From an uncultured Actinomycetota bacterium (lineage in GTDB: Bacteria; Actinomycetota; Actinomycetes; JACCUZ01), in the NCBI GenBank assembly GCA_963846525.1, contig CAWJWE010000004.1, forward strand, positions 5,097 to 69,096: a stretch of 64,000 nucleotides of DNA, given 5' to 3'. Both the position numbers and the translations under genes were made by a program. Below are positions 31,931 through 46,672 of the stretch, in pieces; position 1 is the stretch's first letter, and each line of letters starts with the position of its first letter. The notes under the pieces are model-generated. The model ran no database searches. It was not told the DNA's origin and worked only from the letters and a program-made list of their open reading frames with translations.

Positions 31931-33349
31931 TCAGACGGTGGCGGTCACGCCGGGGATCTCGTCGGCCCGGAACGCCGACACGAACAGGTGATGGTCGGCC
32001 CGGGCCCGCTCCGCGTAGTCGCGGGCGAACCCGGTCAGGTCGGCCACCAGCTCGTCGACCCGATCGCCGACGGCCTCCGCCACGGCGTCCTCGGTCTGGA
32101 AGTCGACCAGCGGGGTCTCCTCGGAGTCCTGGTCGCTCACGCAGTGCACCTTCGCGGTCGCCCGCCCCAGCTGCTCGACCACCGGCCGGAGGTCCTCGGG
32201 CTCGGACAACGCGCTCCAGTCGAGGTCAGCCTGGTACGGCGACAGCTCAGCCACGACGTAGCCGGTGCCGTCGAGCTCGGTCCACCCGAGCCACGGGTCG
32301 GCGTGCGCCTGCAAGGCCGACTGCGACACCGCCGTCCGGTGCCCGTGGTGGCGGAAGAACGACCGTGCCTCCTCGTCGTCCACGACCCGGCTCGGCGCCG
32401 CGACGTTGCCCTGCTTCATCGAGAGCACGACGTCGTTCTCCAGTGCCTGCGTGTGCCCCTCGACCAGCAGGTTGTACGCCGGCAGCCCGGCGCTGCCGAT
32501 GCCGAACTCCGAGGTGGCCACGACGTCCTTCAGCGTGTACGTCAGGCTGCCGAGCCGCTTGGACTCCGGGATCGTGTCGAGGTACTCGGCGTACGCCTTC
32601 TCGACCCGGCGTCGCTCGCGCCGCCCGAGCTCGCCCACGGTCCCGCCCCGGCGGAACCGCCGCTGGAAGTCCTCGACCACGGTCAGGCCCTCGAGGAGGT
32701 CGACCCGGGTGGACAGCTGGGCCCGCTGGAGCGCAGTGAGCACGGCGCCGGTCGCGGTGTCGAGCCGGAGCGCCCACTCGTGGTCGCGGTCGCTCTCGAC
32801 GAAGCGGCGCACCTGGTCGACGTAGGCCCGCAGGTAGGTCGCGACAAGGTCGTCGATCACCTGATCGGGCAGCGCCTTCTGCCAGCACATCAGGGCCAGA
32901 CTGGCCACGAACCGGCGCAGGTCCCAGGTCCACGGCCCGAGGTAGGCCTCGTCGAAGTCATTGACGTCGAAGACCAGCCTGCCCTCGCCGTCCATGTAGG
33001 TTCCGAAGTTCTCGGCGTGCAGGTCGCCCTGGATCCAGACCCTCCCGGTCCGCTCGTCGACCCAGGGGTCGTCCGCGCCGGCGAGGTCGGCGTAGAACAC
33101 GCACGCGCTGCCCCGGTAGAACGCCCACGGGTCGGCGGCCATCTTGCGGAACCTGACCCGGAAGGCAGCGGCGTCGGCCTTCATCAGGTCGGCGAAGGCC
33201 TCCACCAGGGTGTCGACGATCAGCCGCTGTCGGTCGTCCTCGGTCGCCTGCGGGGTCACGGGGGCGGCTCCTCTCCTCGTCGTACCGTCGAAACTTCCCC
33301 CGCGCGCCGCCGAGGCAACCTTCCGGTCCCCCTCACGCGTCCAGGTCAT
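31931..33349 (-). CDS. DUF2252 family protein
   Basis: The 472-aa ORF has blocks typical of this family (FYRGSACVFYADL, GDLHAENFGTY, VFDVNDFDEA). Confidence 0.75.
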   Translation of the reverse strand: MTWTREGDRKVASAARGGSFDGTTRRGAAPVTPQATEDDRQRLIVDTLVEAFADLMKADAAAFRVRFRKMAADPWAFYRGSACVFYADLAGADDPWVDERTGRVWIQGDLHAENFGTYMDGEGRLVFDVNDFDEAYLGPWTWDLRRFVASLALMCWQKALPDQVIDDLVATYLRAYVDQVRRFVESDRDHEWALRLDTATGAVLTALQRAQLSTRVDLLEGLTVVEDFQRRFRRGGTVGELGRRERRRVEKAYAEYLDTIPESKRLGSLTYTLKDVVATSEFGIGSAGLPAYNLLVEGHTQALENDVVLSMKQGNVAAPSRVVDDEEARSFFRHHGHRTAVSQSALQAHADPWLGWTELDGTGYVVAELSPYQADLDWSALSEPEDLRPVVEQLGRATAKVHCVSDQDSEETPLVDFQTEDAVAEAVGDRVDELVADLTGFARDYAERARADHHLFVSAFRADEIPGVTATV

Positions 33350-33381
33350 GATGCAGTGAGGACCGGAGGGGGCACAGCGCG

Positions 33382-33897
33382 ATGCAGGCCGACGAGCGGG
33401 AGGCGTTCGACGCGTTCGCCCGCGGCCGGATGCGCGAGCTGCTGCGGTTCGCCCACGTCCTCACCGGCGACCCGCACCGGGCCGCCGACCTCGTGCAGGA
33501 CGCGCTCGAGCGCACCCTGCTGTCCTGGCACCGGGTCGAGCGCAAGGACGACCCGGAGGCCTACGTGCGGCGGGCCATCGTCAACCGGCACATCAGCGTC
33601 TGGCGGCGTACCCGCCGCGAGCAGCTCGTCGCCGAGACCCCGGACAGCGGTCACGACGAGCCGGCCGGCCGGGACGACGAGCTGTGGACGGCGCTGGCCG
33701 GCCTGCCGCCGCGACAGCGGGCCGTCATCGTCCTGAGGTACTACGAGGACCTCACCGAGGCCGACACCGCCGCCGCCCTGGGCTGCTCGGTCGGCACCGT
33801 GAAGAGCCAGGCGCACAAGGCCCTGACCCGGCTGCGTGCGCAGGCGACGTCCAGCGACGTCGCCGACCCCGGAGGGATGCCGTCATGGACCCGCTAG
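33382..33897 (+). CDS. ECF (SigE-type) RNA polymerase sigma factor
   Basis: Region 2 (ADLVQDALERTLLSWHRV...YVRRAIVNRHISVWRR) and region 4 (LPPRQRAVIVLRYYEDLTEADTAAALGCSVGTVKSQAHKAL). Confidence 0.85.
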   Translation: MQADEREAFDAFARGRMRELLRFAHVLTGDPHRAADLVQDALERTLLSWHRVERKDDPEAYVRRAIVNRHISVWRRTRREQLVAETPDSGHDEPAGRDDELWTALAGLPPRQRAVIVLRYYEDLTEADTAAALGCSVGTVKSQAHKALTRLRAQATSSDVADPGGMPSWTR

Positions 33898-35102
33898 AGC
33901 GCGAGCTGCGCGACGTCCTCACCAGCGAGCGGCGCACGCTGCCTGCCTCCCTGGTGCCCCTCGAGCGGGTGCACGCCCGGGCGACCCGGCGACGCACCCG
34001 TCGCAGGGTCGCGGTCGGTGCGACAGCCCTGGTCGCGGCGGCCGCCGTCGCGGTCCCCGTCGGCATCGGGCTGAGCACCGGGCCGGACCGGGCACCGATC
34101 GCGGACAACTCCCCCACCCCGACCGCCAGTGAGACGCCGAGCCCGGCACCGTCCGCGATGCCGTGGGACGGCGCCCAGGTCACTTCCGTCACCGCGACGA
34201 GCACCCGCACCTTCGTCGCCCTCGGCGCGACCGGCAGCGGTCCGTGCCGGCCGACCTGCCTGCGCCTGACCGAGTCGCACGACGGCGGCGCCAACTTCAC
34301 CCCGCTTCCCGTACCTGGATCGGCCCAAGCGGCCCGCCAGCAGGGACCGGCGGCCAGCCGCGCTACGGACGTCCGGTTCGGCAGCGGTGCCGACGGATGG
34401 CTGTTCGGCGGCGGCCTGTGGTCGACCCACGACGGCGGGCACCGCTGGTCAGCGGTCGACCTGCCCGGCGACGTCCACCGCCTCGAGGCCGCGGCCGGGA
34501 CGGCCTGGGCGCTGGTCAGGACAGATCAGAAAGGACAGCAGCAGCTCTGGCGGTCGCCGGTGGGCGTCGACAGCTGGGAGCCGGTCCCGGCGGTCCTGGT
34601 CGACGGCCCCGCGGACCTCACCGTTCAGGGCAGCCGGGTGGTCGTGCTCGGCGCCCAGCTGTCACCGGCCTGGTCGAACGCCGACGGTGGGTTCGTGCGG
34701 ATCGAGAACCCGTGCGCCGGCTCGCTGCAGGCCCGGGTGACCGGGTACGGCGACCTGTGGGCGACCTGCGTCACCGGGATGTCTGCCCGCATCGCCACGT
34801 CGGCCGACGGCGGTGTGAGCTGGACGACCGTGAACGTCGACACCGGCCAGGGCTCGCTGCCCAACTCCGTGTCTGTCGGGGCTCGCTCGAACGGGACGGC
34901 GGTCCTCGTGGTGCCGGGCGAGCCGCTCGCCCTGCTGTCCGCCGACGGGTCGCTCACCGCGGTGCGCCAACCACCCAGCGACAGCTTCGCGGTCGGCTAC
35001 GTCGGCTTCACCAGCGGGGACGTGGGCTATGCGGTCATGGCGGACGACCTCTGGCGCACCGAGGACGGCGGAGACACCTGGCGGAGGCTCACGCTCGGCT
35101 GA
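33885..35102 (+). CDS. Membrane-anchored putative anti-sigma / sensor protein with a beta-propeller-like (BNR/Ycf48-like) ectodomain
   Basis: The ATG overlaps the sigma gene by 13 nt. It has one TM helix (VAVGATALVAAAAVAVPVGIGL) and repeated S-x-D-G-G-x-W/F motifs (SHDGGANF, THDGGHRW, SADGGVSW, TEDGGDTW). Confidence 0.55.
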   Translation: MDPLERELRDVLTSERRTLPASLVPLERVHARATRRRTRRRVAVGATALVAAAAVAVPVGIGLSTGPDRAPIADNSPTPTASETPSPAPSAMPWDGAQVTSVTATSTRTFVALGATGSGPCRPTCLRLTESHDGGANFTPLPVPGSAQAARQQGPAASRATDVRFGSGADGWLFGGGLWSTHDGGHRWSAVDLPGDVHRLEAAAGTAWALVRTDQKGQQQLWRSPVGVDSWEPVPAVLVDGPADLTVQGSRVVVLGAQLSPAWSNADGGFVRIENPCAGSLQARVTGYGDLWATCVTGMSARIATSADGGVSWTTVNVDTGQGSLPNSVSVGARSNGTAVLVVPGEPLALLSADGSLTAVRQPPSDSFAVGYVGFTSGDVGYAVMADDLWRTEDGGDTWRRLTLG

Positions 35103-35106
35103 CCGG

Positions 35107-35298
35107 TCAGCGCTTGGCGGCCGGGACCTCGAGCCCCTCGCAGACCGCCCGCCAGACCTCGACGGTCGGCTCCCCCGCCGCGAGCGCCTGGGCTGGCGTA
35201 CGCCCGCCGAGCTCGCTGAGCACGTGCAGGTCGACGACCGACTCGGCGTGCGGCCCGAAGGCCGCACGCATCCGGTCCCAGAAGTCCGTCACCCGCAC
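35107..35298 (-). CDS. DUF3046 family small protein
   Basis: VRVTDFWDRMRAAFGPHAESVVDLHVLSELGGRTPAQALAAGEPTVEVWRAVCE (63 aa), a family usually found near recA in Actinobacteria. Confidence 0.65.
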   Translation of the reverse strand: MRVTDFWDRMRAAFGPHAESVVDLHVLSELGGRTPAQALAAGEPTVEVWRAVCEGLEVPAAKR

Positions 35299-35356
35299 CG
35301 GCCCAGTATCGCCGGTGTCACGGCGCGGCGCCGCCGGTGGGCTAGCCTCGCCGGCC

Positions 35357-36217
35357 ATGACGGGGTTGACACCGGAGACGTTCGAGCGGCGGCTGCGCGA
35401 CGCAGGGTTCGGCGACATCTCGCCGGTGCTCGCTGCGCTGGCCCGTCCCGGGTTCCGCCTCGGCACCGGGACCGGCGGCACCGACGAGGTCGGCGGCAGC
35501 CGGATCGGCGGGAGCCCGGACCTGCCGGACCACGAGGGCTGGCCCACCTGGCAGGACCGGTCGATGTCCTTCCTGGCCCAGGTGGACCTCGGGTCCCTTC
35601 CCGACGAGGGCGACCGCGCGGACCTGCCGGTGGACGGCCTGGTGTCGTTCTTCTACGACGCCGAGCAGCAGGCCTGGGGCTTCGACCCCGTGCAGACCGG
35701 CGCCTGGACGGTGCTGCACACGCCCCGCGGCACGACGCTGTCCCGCCGGGAGTTTCCCGCGGACCTGCCGGACGAGGCCAGGTTCGACCCGATCCCCGTC
35801 GCCGCCCGGACCGAGCTGTGCCCCGAGCCGTGGGAGTCACGGGCGATCGAGCGACTGGCGCTGGACGCGGACCGGACCGAGGTGTACGCCGAGCTGCTGG
35901 ACGAGCTGGCCGGAGGCGACCTCGAGCCCAGGCACCTCATGCTCGGGCACCCGGACCCGGTGCAGGGCGAGATGCAGCTGGAGTGCCAGCTGGTGAGCCA
36001 CGGCCTCTACTGCGGGGACAGCACCGGCTACAACCACCCGCGGGCGTCGGAGCTCGAGGGCGGCGCCGACGACTGGCGGCTGCTCCTGCAGGTGGACACC
36101 GACGACGACGCGTCGATGATGTGGGGCGACACCGGCAGGCTCTACTTCTGGGTCACCGAGGACGCACTGCGGCGGAGAGCCTGGACCGAGGTGCACCTCG
36201 TCCTGCAGTGCGGCTGA
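35357..36217 (+). CDS. DUF1963 (YwqG-like) family protein
   Basis: GGSRIGGSPDLP..., FLAQVDL, HLMLGHPDPVQGEM and WRLLLQVDTDDDASMMWGDTGRLYFWV. Confidence 0.7.
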   Translation: MTGLTPETFERRLRDAGFGDISPVLAALARPGFRLGTGTGGTDEVGGSRIGGSPDLPDHEGWPTWQDRSMSFLAQVDLGSLPDEGDRADLPVDGLVSFFYDAEQQAWGFDPVQTGAWTVLHTPRGTTLSRREFPADLPDEARFDPIPVAARTELCPEPWESRAIERLALDADRTEVYAELLDELAGGDLEPRHLMLGHPDPVQGEMQLECQLVSHGLYCGDSTGYNHPRASELEGGADDWRLLLQVDTDDDASMMWGDTGRLYFWVTEDALRRRAWTEVHLVLQCG

Positions 36218-36218
36218 G

Positions 36219-36719
36219 TCAGCAGACCTGTCGCAGCCGGCCGGTGTCGAGGTCGAAGAGGAACCCGCCGACCGCCACGTCGCCGAGGAATGGCCACGAG
36301 CGCACCCGCTGGACGTCGTCGGCCAGGGCGGCCTCCTGGTCCGTGGTGGTGAGGAACGAGATGCTCCGGGTGTCCGGTCCGCCGGCGTCGCGGATCGCGT
36401 CGTGGATGTCCTCCTCGCTGCCGGTGGCCATCCGGCAACCGGTGTGCGCGACGACCATGACCCGTCGGACGCCCAGCAGGAACGACGCGAGCGCCAGGGT
36501 GCGCAGAACGTCGTCGGTGACCCGCGCGCCGGCGTTGCGCAGGATCTTGGCGTCACCAGGTGAGAGCCCGAGCATGTTCAGCGGGTCGATCCGCGAGTCC
36601 ATGCAAGTGAGGACGGCCAGACCGCGGGCAGCGGTGGCCTCCAGGTCGCCGTGCTGGTAGCGCGCGGCGTACGCCTGGTTGGCGCCGAGCACGTCGGCGA
36701 ACACGTCATCGGTCGTCAC
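36219..36719 (-). CDS. Beta-class carbonic anhydrase
   Basis: Zinc ligand motifs CMDSR and HTGC. Confidence 0.85.
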   Translation of the reverse strand: MTTDDVFADVLGANQAYAARYQHGDLEATAARGLAVLTCMDSRIDPLNMLGLSPGDAKILRNAGARVTDDVLRTLALASFLLGVRRVMVVAHTGCRMATGSEEDIHDAIRDAGGPDTRSISFLTTTDQEAALADDVQRVRSWPFLGDVAVGGFLFDLDTGRLRQVC

Positions 36720-36749
36720 GTCCGGCAGCCTAGGGCGCGCGCCACCGGC

Positions 36750-37586
36750 TCAGGTCAGCAGGAGCTTCTCGAGCCGGCGGCCGGTGACCAGCACGCCCAC
36801 CAGGCCGAGGCCGGCCAGCACCGCCACGTGCACGAACGACCCGAGCCCGACGGTGCCGGTCGTGAGCTCCCGCAGGAGCGTGGCTGCGTGGTAGAGCGGC
36901 GAGCAGCGCACCACCCACTGCAGCGAGTCGGGGTAGACGTCGATCGGGTAGAAGGTCGCCGAGAACAGGAACAGTGGCAGCGTCACCAGGGTGATGTACT
37001 CGAAGTCCTGCCACGACTTCATGTACGTCGTGCACGCGGTGCCCATCGCGGCGAACGCGAAGCCGATGAGCACCACCGCGGGGAGCGCAAGCAACGCCCA
37101 CCACGACACGATGAGCCCCATCACCAACATCACCACGAGGAAGGCGCTGGAGTAGAACGCTCCGCGCATCAGCGCCCAGCCGATCTCTCCGGCAGCGACG
37201 TCGACAGGAGTGATCGGCGTGGCCAGCACCGCGTCGTACAGCTTGTTGTACTTCAGCTTGAAGAACAGGTTGAACGTCGCGTCATAGAGGGCGCCGTTCA
37301 TCGCCGAGGACGCGAGCATCGCCGGCGCGACGAACACGGTGTAGCTGACCAGCTCGCCGCCGGGCAGCTCGACGTCGCCCACCAGCTGGGACACTCCGAC
37401 ACCGACCGAGAACAGGTAGAAGATCGGCTCGAAGATGCCGGAGATCAGCACCGCCCAGCCGGTGCGGTAGACCCGCACGTTGCGCTCGATCAGGTAGCGC
37501 GCGCCACCGGTGCCGACCAGCCGTCTGCCGAGACCGGGCGGTGCGACCCGCAGGTCGAGGGTCGACGCGCTCATCGGGGTGGTCAT
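36750..37586 (-). CDS. ABC-2 type transporter permease
   Basis: The ATG at 37584-37586 overlaps the upstream stop (ATGA). The protein is a multi-TM ABC-2 type. Confidence 0.8.
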   Translation of the reverse strand: MTTPMSASTLDLRVAPPGLGRRLVGTGGARYLIERNVRVYRTGWAVLISGIFEPIFYLFSVGVGVSQLVGDVELPGGELVSYTVFVAPAMLASSAMNGALYDATFNLFFKLKYNKLYDAVLATPITPVDVAAGEIGWALMRGAFYSSAFLVVMLVMGLIVSWWALLALPAVVLIGFAFAAMGTACTTYMKSWQDFEYITLVTLPLFLFSATFYPIDVYPDSLQWVVRCSPLYHAATLLRELTTGTVGLGSFVHVAVLAGLGLVGVLVTGRRLEKLLLT

Positions 37587-38353
37587 GTGACCAGCCGCCG
37601 CTCGAACGTCGACCGCGCCACGACGAAGCCGACGACAGCCCACAGGACCAGGTAGCCGATGTGCACCAGCGCCGAGCCGTAGCCAGGCGTCCCGAGGGCG
37701 AGCGCGCGGCACAGGTCGACGCCGTGCCACAGCGGCACCGCCCAGGCCACCGGCTCCAGCCAGTCGGGCAGCTGGGAGACCGGGAAGAAGGTTCCGGAGA
37801 ACAGGAACATCGGCACGATCCCGAACCGGAACAGCATCGCGAACCCGCTGTCGTTCTCACGGGTCGCCGAGAAGGCGAAGATGGCCGGCGCGTAGGCGAG
37901 CCCGGTGAGGATGCCGACCGGGATGCACAGCACCGCCCACGGCGAGGAGATCGCGCCGAAAGCCACCATGATGACCAGGAACACGGCGGTGGTGATGAAC
38001 AGCCGCAGCACGACGAAGAGCAGGTGCCCGGCCAGAACGTCGACGACGCGCAGCGGTGTCGCGAGCATCGCGTGGTACTGCCGGTTCCACTTGATCGCGC
38101 CCATCACGGGGTATGTCGACTCGAAGGCTGTCATCTGCATCGCCGAGGCCGCCAGCAGGCCCGGCGCGATGAACTCGAGGTAGCTGACGCCGTCGAGGGT
38201 GTCGGCCCCCGGCCCCTGGTCGACCAGCAGGCCGAGCCCGAGGCCCATCGCGGCGAGGAAGCCGAGCGGCTCGACGATGGTCGAGATCGCGGTGCCCCGC
38301 CAGGTCCGGCGGTACTGCGCCAGCCAGAAGCCGAACGCGCGCAGCACGAGCAC
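37583..38353 (-). CDS. ABC-2 type transporter permease (the 5-prime end may extend to the ATG at 38414 through a frameshift)
   Basis: LRAFGFWLAQYRRTWRG... is a typical ABC-2 N-terminus. The ATG at 38412-38414, coupled to the ATPase stop, is in a different frame (61 nt upstream). Confidence 0.75.
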   Translation of the reverse strand: MLVLRAFGFWLAQYRRTWRGTAISTIVEPLGFLAAMGLGLGLLVDQGPGADTLDGVSYLEFIAPGLLAASAMQMTAFESTYPVMGAIKWNRQYHAMLATPLRVVDVLAGHLLFVVLRLFITTAVFLVIMVAFGAISSPWAVLCIPVGILTGLAYAPAIFAFSATRENDSGFAMLFRFGIVPMFLFSGTFFPVSQLPDWLEPVAWAVPLWHGVDLCRALALGTPGYGSALVHIGYLVLWAVVGFVVARSTFERRLVT

Positions 38354-38413
38354 CGGCGTCGACGGCGAGTGGCGACGGCGCGCCGGTCTGCGGGGTCGAC
38401 GTGGTGTGAGCCA

Positions 38414-39365
38414 TCAGTCGACCAGCGTCCGGCCGGTGAGGCGGAGGAACACGTCCTCCAGGCGTGCTGCGACGGACCAGCACCGACTGCGGCGCCAGGC
38501 CGCGGCGGTGCACCTCGGCTGCCGGCAGCGTCGCCGTCGTCGGCGTAGAGCAGGACGCGGTCGGGCAGCACCTCGACCCGGGACACGAGCGCGTGCAGAG
38601 GGCGCTCAGGCGAGGCGACCATCTCCTCGACCTTCTCGCCCGCGGTCTCGTTCTCTCCCGGCGGGAACCGCAGCTCGACGACCTCGCGGGTCGACCACTC
38701 GCGGATCAGCGCGGTCGGCGATCCCTCGGCCGCGATCCGGCCGCCGTCCATCACCACCAGCCGGTCGCAGAGCTGCTCGGCCTCGTCCATGTAGTGCGTG
38801 GTCAGCACCAGGGTGACGCCCTGCTGCTTGAGCCGGAACAGCCGGTCCCACACCACGTGCCGCGCCTGCGGGTCGAGCCCGGTGGTCGGCTCGTCGAGCA
38901 GCAGCATCTCGGGGTCGTTGATCAGCGACCGGGCGATGGTCAGCCGGCGCTTCATGCCGCCGGAGAGCGGCTCGACCTGGCTCGTCGCCGCGCTCCGCGA
39001 GCTGCACGAAGTCGAGCAGCCGGTCGGCCCGCTCGCCGACCTCGGACCGCGACAGCCCGAAGTAGCGGCCGTAGACGAGGAGGTTCTCGCGCACCGTCAG
39101 CTCGACGTCGAGAGTGTCGTCCTGCGGGCACGACGCCGAGCCGGGCCCGGATCCGCGCGCCGTCGACCGCAGGGTCGTGGCCCAGCACCCGCAGCGTGCC
39201 GTCGGCGACCGGCGAGACGCAGCCGATCATGCGCATCGTCGAGGACTTGCCGGCGCCGTTCGGGCCGAGGAAGCCGAACGCCTCGCCCCGGGCGACCTCG
39301 ACGTCGATGCCGTCGACCGCGGTGAAGTCGCCGAAGCGCTTCACCAGGCCGCGGGCGAGGATCAT
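38414..39365 (-). pseudogene. ABC transporter ATP-binding protein (NodI/DrrA-like), about 4 frameshifts
   Basis: [14 protein letters not shown]...Walker [10 protein letters not shown].../ [23 protein letters not shown].../ [36 protein letters not shown].../ EVHRRGLAPQSVLVRRST / LEDVFLRLTGRTLVD, with switches near 39128, 38975, 38510 and 38455. Confidence 0.8.
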
Positions 39366-39462
39366 CGGTTCGTCCGGCACGGTTCCCGACCCTAGACCGG
39401 GCCCCGACAGCGTTCGACCCGATTTGCGCGCCCCCCGTCTGGTGGCGAGGCACACTGGTGGC

Positions 39463-39645
39463 ATGGCCGACGACGAGGACCGCGCAGCGCCCACGAAGGG
39501 CCGCTTCGCGGCGCTGCCGCCACGGGTCGACCCGGCCGACATCGTCGAGGAGCAGCCGGTCGAGCCTCCGGTGCCGCAGGCCACCCCGGACCCCAACACC
39601 GAGGTCGCCTGGCGCTGGGGCCTGGGCATCGCTCCGGGCGGCTGA
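39463..39645 (+). CDS. Small hypothetical protein (weak call)
   Basis: The 60-aa reading frame [36 protein letters not shown]... has no recognisable motif. Confidence 0.25.
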   Translation: MADDEDRAAPTKGRFAALPPRVDPADIVEEQPVEPPVPQATPDPNTEVAWRWGLGIAPGG

Positions 39646-39686
39646 CACCTGCGACATCTGTCGGTGCCGTCGGCGAGGATGGCCCG

Positions 39687-44289
<4,603 letters not shown>

Positions 44290-44298
44290 GCGCCCCGG

Positions 44299-44868
44299 TC
44301 AGTCGTCGTCCTCGTCGTGGTCGTGATCGTCGTCACCGAGCTGGCCGCGGATCTCGCCACCGGGACGCAGATCGGTGTGCACGTTGGCGTACGTCGCACC
44401 GGCCCGGATGGCCTGCACCAGCTCGTCGAACTCCCCGAGGCCGATGCCCTGCGCGGTCGGGCCGATCACGTTGACCGGCCGGATGGTCCCTGTCACCCTG
44501 CCGCTGGCCGGGCACGCCTGCGTGCCGACCGGCCCGTTGCCAAGGTTGGTGCAGAGGAACACCGAGATCCCGTTGGCGAGGGCCTTTCCGCCGAAGTGGA
44601 TGTGCGCCTGCTGGACGGCGCCTTCCAGGCCTGAGTACGTCAGTGTGTAGCGGATCTCGTCCGCCGACCGCGAGATCGCTGCGCGGAAGGTGCCATTGCC
44701 TGTCGTGGAGAAGGTCGTCGGGGCCTCTTCGTAGCCGGTCAGGTCGGTCTCGAACCGGGAGCGGTCATCGCCTCCCGCAGCGACCGCGGCCGTCACACCA
44801 CCTACCCCGACAAGCGCGACCACGATCAAGGCCACCTTCAGGCGCAGCAGAGCTGACATCTCGACCAC
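44299..44868 (-). CDS. CHRD domain-containing secreted protein
   Basis: A signal/TM N-terminus, then AHIHFGGK ... YANVHT ... GEIRGQL, typical of CHRD, and an acidic His/Asp tail. Confidence 0.75.
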   Translation of the reverse strand: MVEMSALLRLKVALIVVALVGVGGVTAAVAAGGDDRSRFETDLTGYEEAPTTFSTTGNGTFRAAISRSADEIRYTLTYSGLEGAVQQAHIHFGGKALANGISVFLCTNLGNGPVGTQACPASGRVTGTIRPVNVIGPTAQGIGLGEFDELVQAIRAGATYANVHTDLRPGGEIRGQLGDDDHDHDEDDD

Positions 44869-44975
44869 CTCTCCAGGCGGGCGGTTCCCGCCTCGGTTCG
44901 AACTTCCTGCGGTCCCTCGGCCATATCAACGCCCCCGGATACCGAGGCGGTTCAACTCCGGCGCAGACTGCCGTC

Positions 44976-45416
44976 ATGTCCGGAACCGAGCAGGGCGAGA
45001 GCTGGGCCGACCGGCGCGGCGAGGCCGCAGCCGAGCACGCCGCCCGGCTCGACCGGCAGCGCGCGGCGGAGGCGGAGCAGGCGTCCGCGCTGCTCGCGGA
45101 GTTCGTCCGGGAGGCCCGGGAGCGCGGTCTGCCCATGGTCGCGCTGCGGGCCCGCGCTCTCAACGGCCGGACGCTGTACCGGACCGGCCTGACCGGCTGG
45201 TACCTGCGGCGCAACGGCACGATCGCCGTCGACGAGCGCGGCGACTTCTTCGTGATGTCCGCACCGACCAGCCTGCAGTCGAGGCTGCGGGGGGCGACGC
45301 TCACGCCGAGCGACCCGCCGCTCGTCGTCGGAGCAGGCGGTCGCGACGGTGAGTCCATCCCGCTGCCCGACCTGCTCCGCCAGCGGCTGGATGCCGGGGA
45401 GACGTGGGACCGATGA
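44976..45416 (+). CDS. Hypothetical protein
   Basis: 146-aa ORF whose stop overlaps the next ATG (ATGA). Confidence 0.45.
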   Translation: MSGTEQGESWADRRGEAAAEHAARLDRQRAAEAEQASALLAEFVREARERGLPMVALRARALNGRTLYRTGLTGWYLRRNGTIAVDERGDFFVMSAPTSLQSRLRGATLTPSDPPLVVGAGGRDGESIPLPDLLRQRLDAGETWDR

Positions 45417-46672
45417 CGGCGCCGCTGACCAACTGGGCCGGCAACGTGACCTTCCGGGCCGCCCGGGTGCACCGACCCGAGACCGTGCAACAGCTGCAGG
45501 AGATCGTGCGGTCCAGCGGCCGGGTCCGCGCCCTGGGCACCGGGCACTCGTTCAGCCCGGTCGCCGACACCACCGGGGACCTGGTGTCGATCGGCCGGCT
45601 ACCGGAGCGGTTCGAGGTCGCACCGGACCGGTCGGCGGTGACCGTCAGCGCCGGACTCCGGTACGGCGAGGTGGCGACCCGGCTGCACCACGCGGGTCTC
45701 GCCCTGCACAACCTCGGCTCCCTGCCGCACATCTCGGTCGCCGGAGCCGTCGCGACCGGCACCCACGGCTCGGGCGTCGCTCTGGGGGCCCTGCCGACAG
45801 CCGTCGTCAGCTTCGAGTTGGTCACCGCGACGGGCGCTCTGCTGCGGCTGGACCGCAGCGATCCGAGGTTCCCGGGGGCCGTCGTCGCCCTCGGCTGCCT
45901 CGGCGTGGTCGCCGCCGTCACCCTGGCGGTGCAACCGACGTACGACGTGGCGCAGACCGTCAACCTGGGCTTGCCGATGGACGCGGTCCGCGCCGGCCTG
46001 GACGAGATCCTGGCCGCCGGGACGAGCGTCAGCCTGTTCACCACCTGGGGCGAGGACGTCATCGACCAGGTCTGGGTTAAGCGGCGCACCGACGAGCCCG
46101 GGGCCGCTCCCGGCGCCGACTGGGCCGGCTCCCGCGCGGCGACCGGTCCCGTGCACCCGGTCCCCGGGATGTCGCCGGCCAGCTGCACCGAGCAGCTCGG
46201 CGTGCCCGGACCGTGGCACCAGCGGCTGCCGCATTTCCGGCTGGACCACACGCCGAGCAGCGGGACCGAGCTGCAGACCGAGTACCTCGTCCCCCGCGAG
46301 CACGCCGTCGACGCGCTGGACGCGGTGGCCGCGATCCGTGACGAGGTGGCGCCGGTGCTGCAGGTGTCCGAGCTGCGCTCGGTCGCCGCCGACGACCTGT
46401 GGCTGAGCCCGGCGTACGAGCAGGACTCGCTGGCGCTGCACTTCACCTGGGTCGACGACACCGATGCCGTCCGACCGGTGGTGGCGGCCCTCGAGGAAAG
46501 GCTGGACGGGCTGCGCGCCCGGCCGCACTGGGGGAAGGTGTTCGGCATCGCCCCCGAAGTGATCCGGGAGCTCTACCCGCGGCTCGCCGACTTCGCCGCA
46601 CTGCGGCGCGAGCTGGACCCGGAGAACGTCTTCGGCAACGCCATGGTCGACCGCTACCTCAGCGTCGACTGA
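45413..46672 (+). CDS. FAD-linked oxidase of the alditol oxidase / gulonolactone oxidase family
   Basis: LTNWAGNVTF, GTGHSFS (FAD-His region), and C-terminal HWGK... Confidence 0.8.
   Translation: MTAPLTNWAGNVTFRAARVHRPETVQQLQEIVRSSGRVRALGTGHSFSPVADTTGDLVSIGRLPERFEVAPDRSAVTVSAGLRYGEVATRLHHAGLALHNLGSLPHISVAGAVATGTHGSGVALGALPTAVVSFELVTATGALLRLDRSDPRFPGAVVALGCLGVVAAVTLAVQPTYDVAQTVNLGLPMDAVRAGLDEILAAGTSVSLFTTWGEDVIDQVWVKRRTDEPGAAPGADWAGSRAATGPVHPVPGMSPASCTEQLGVPGPWHQRLPHFRLDHTPSSGTELQTEYLVPREHAVDALDAVAAIRDEVAPVLQVSELRSVAADDLWLSPAYEQDSLALHFTWVDDTDAVRPVVAALEERLDGLRARPHWGKVFGIAPEVIRELYPRLADFAALRRELDPENVFGNAMVDRYLSVD

Noticed and set aside
39463-39645. A small ORF upstream of lhr as a functional partner
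   Set aside because: It has no motif and lies inside the indel-dense patch, so the frame cannot be trusted. It is kept only as a low-confidence feature.
44895-44903. GGTTCGAAC resembling a tRNA T-loop, and a second GGTTCAACTCC about 50 nt downstream
   Set aside because: No flanking T-stem, acceptor stem or anticodon arm can be drawn, so I see no tRNA in this window.
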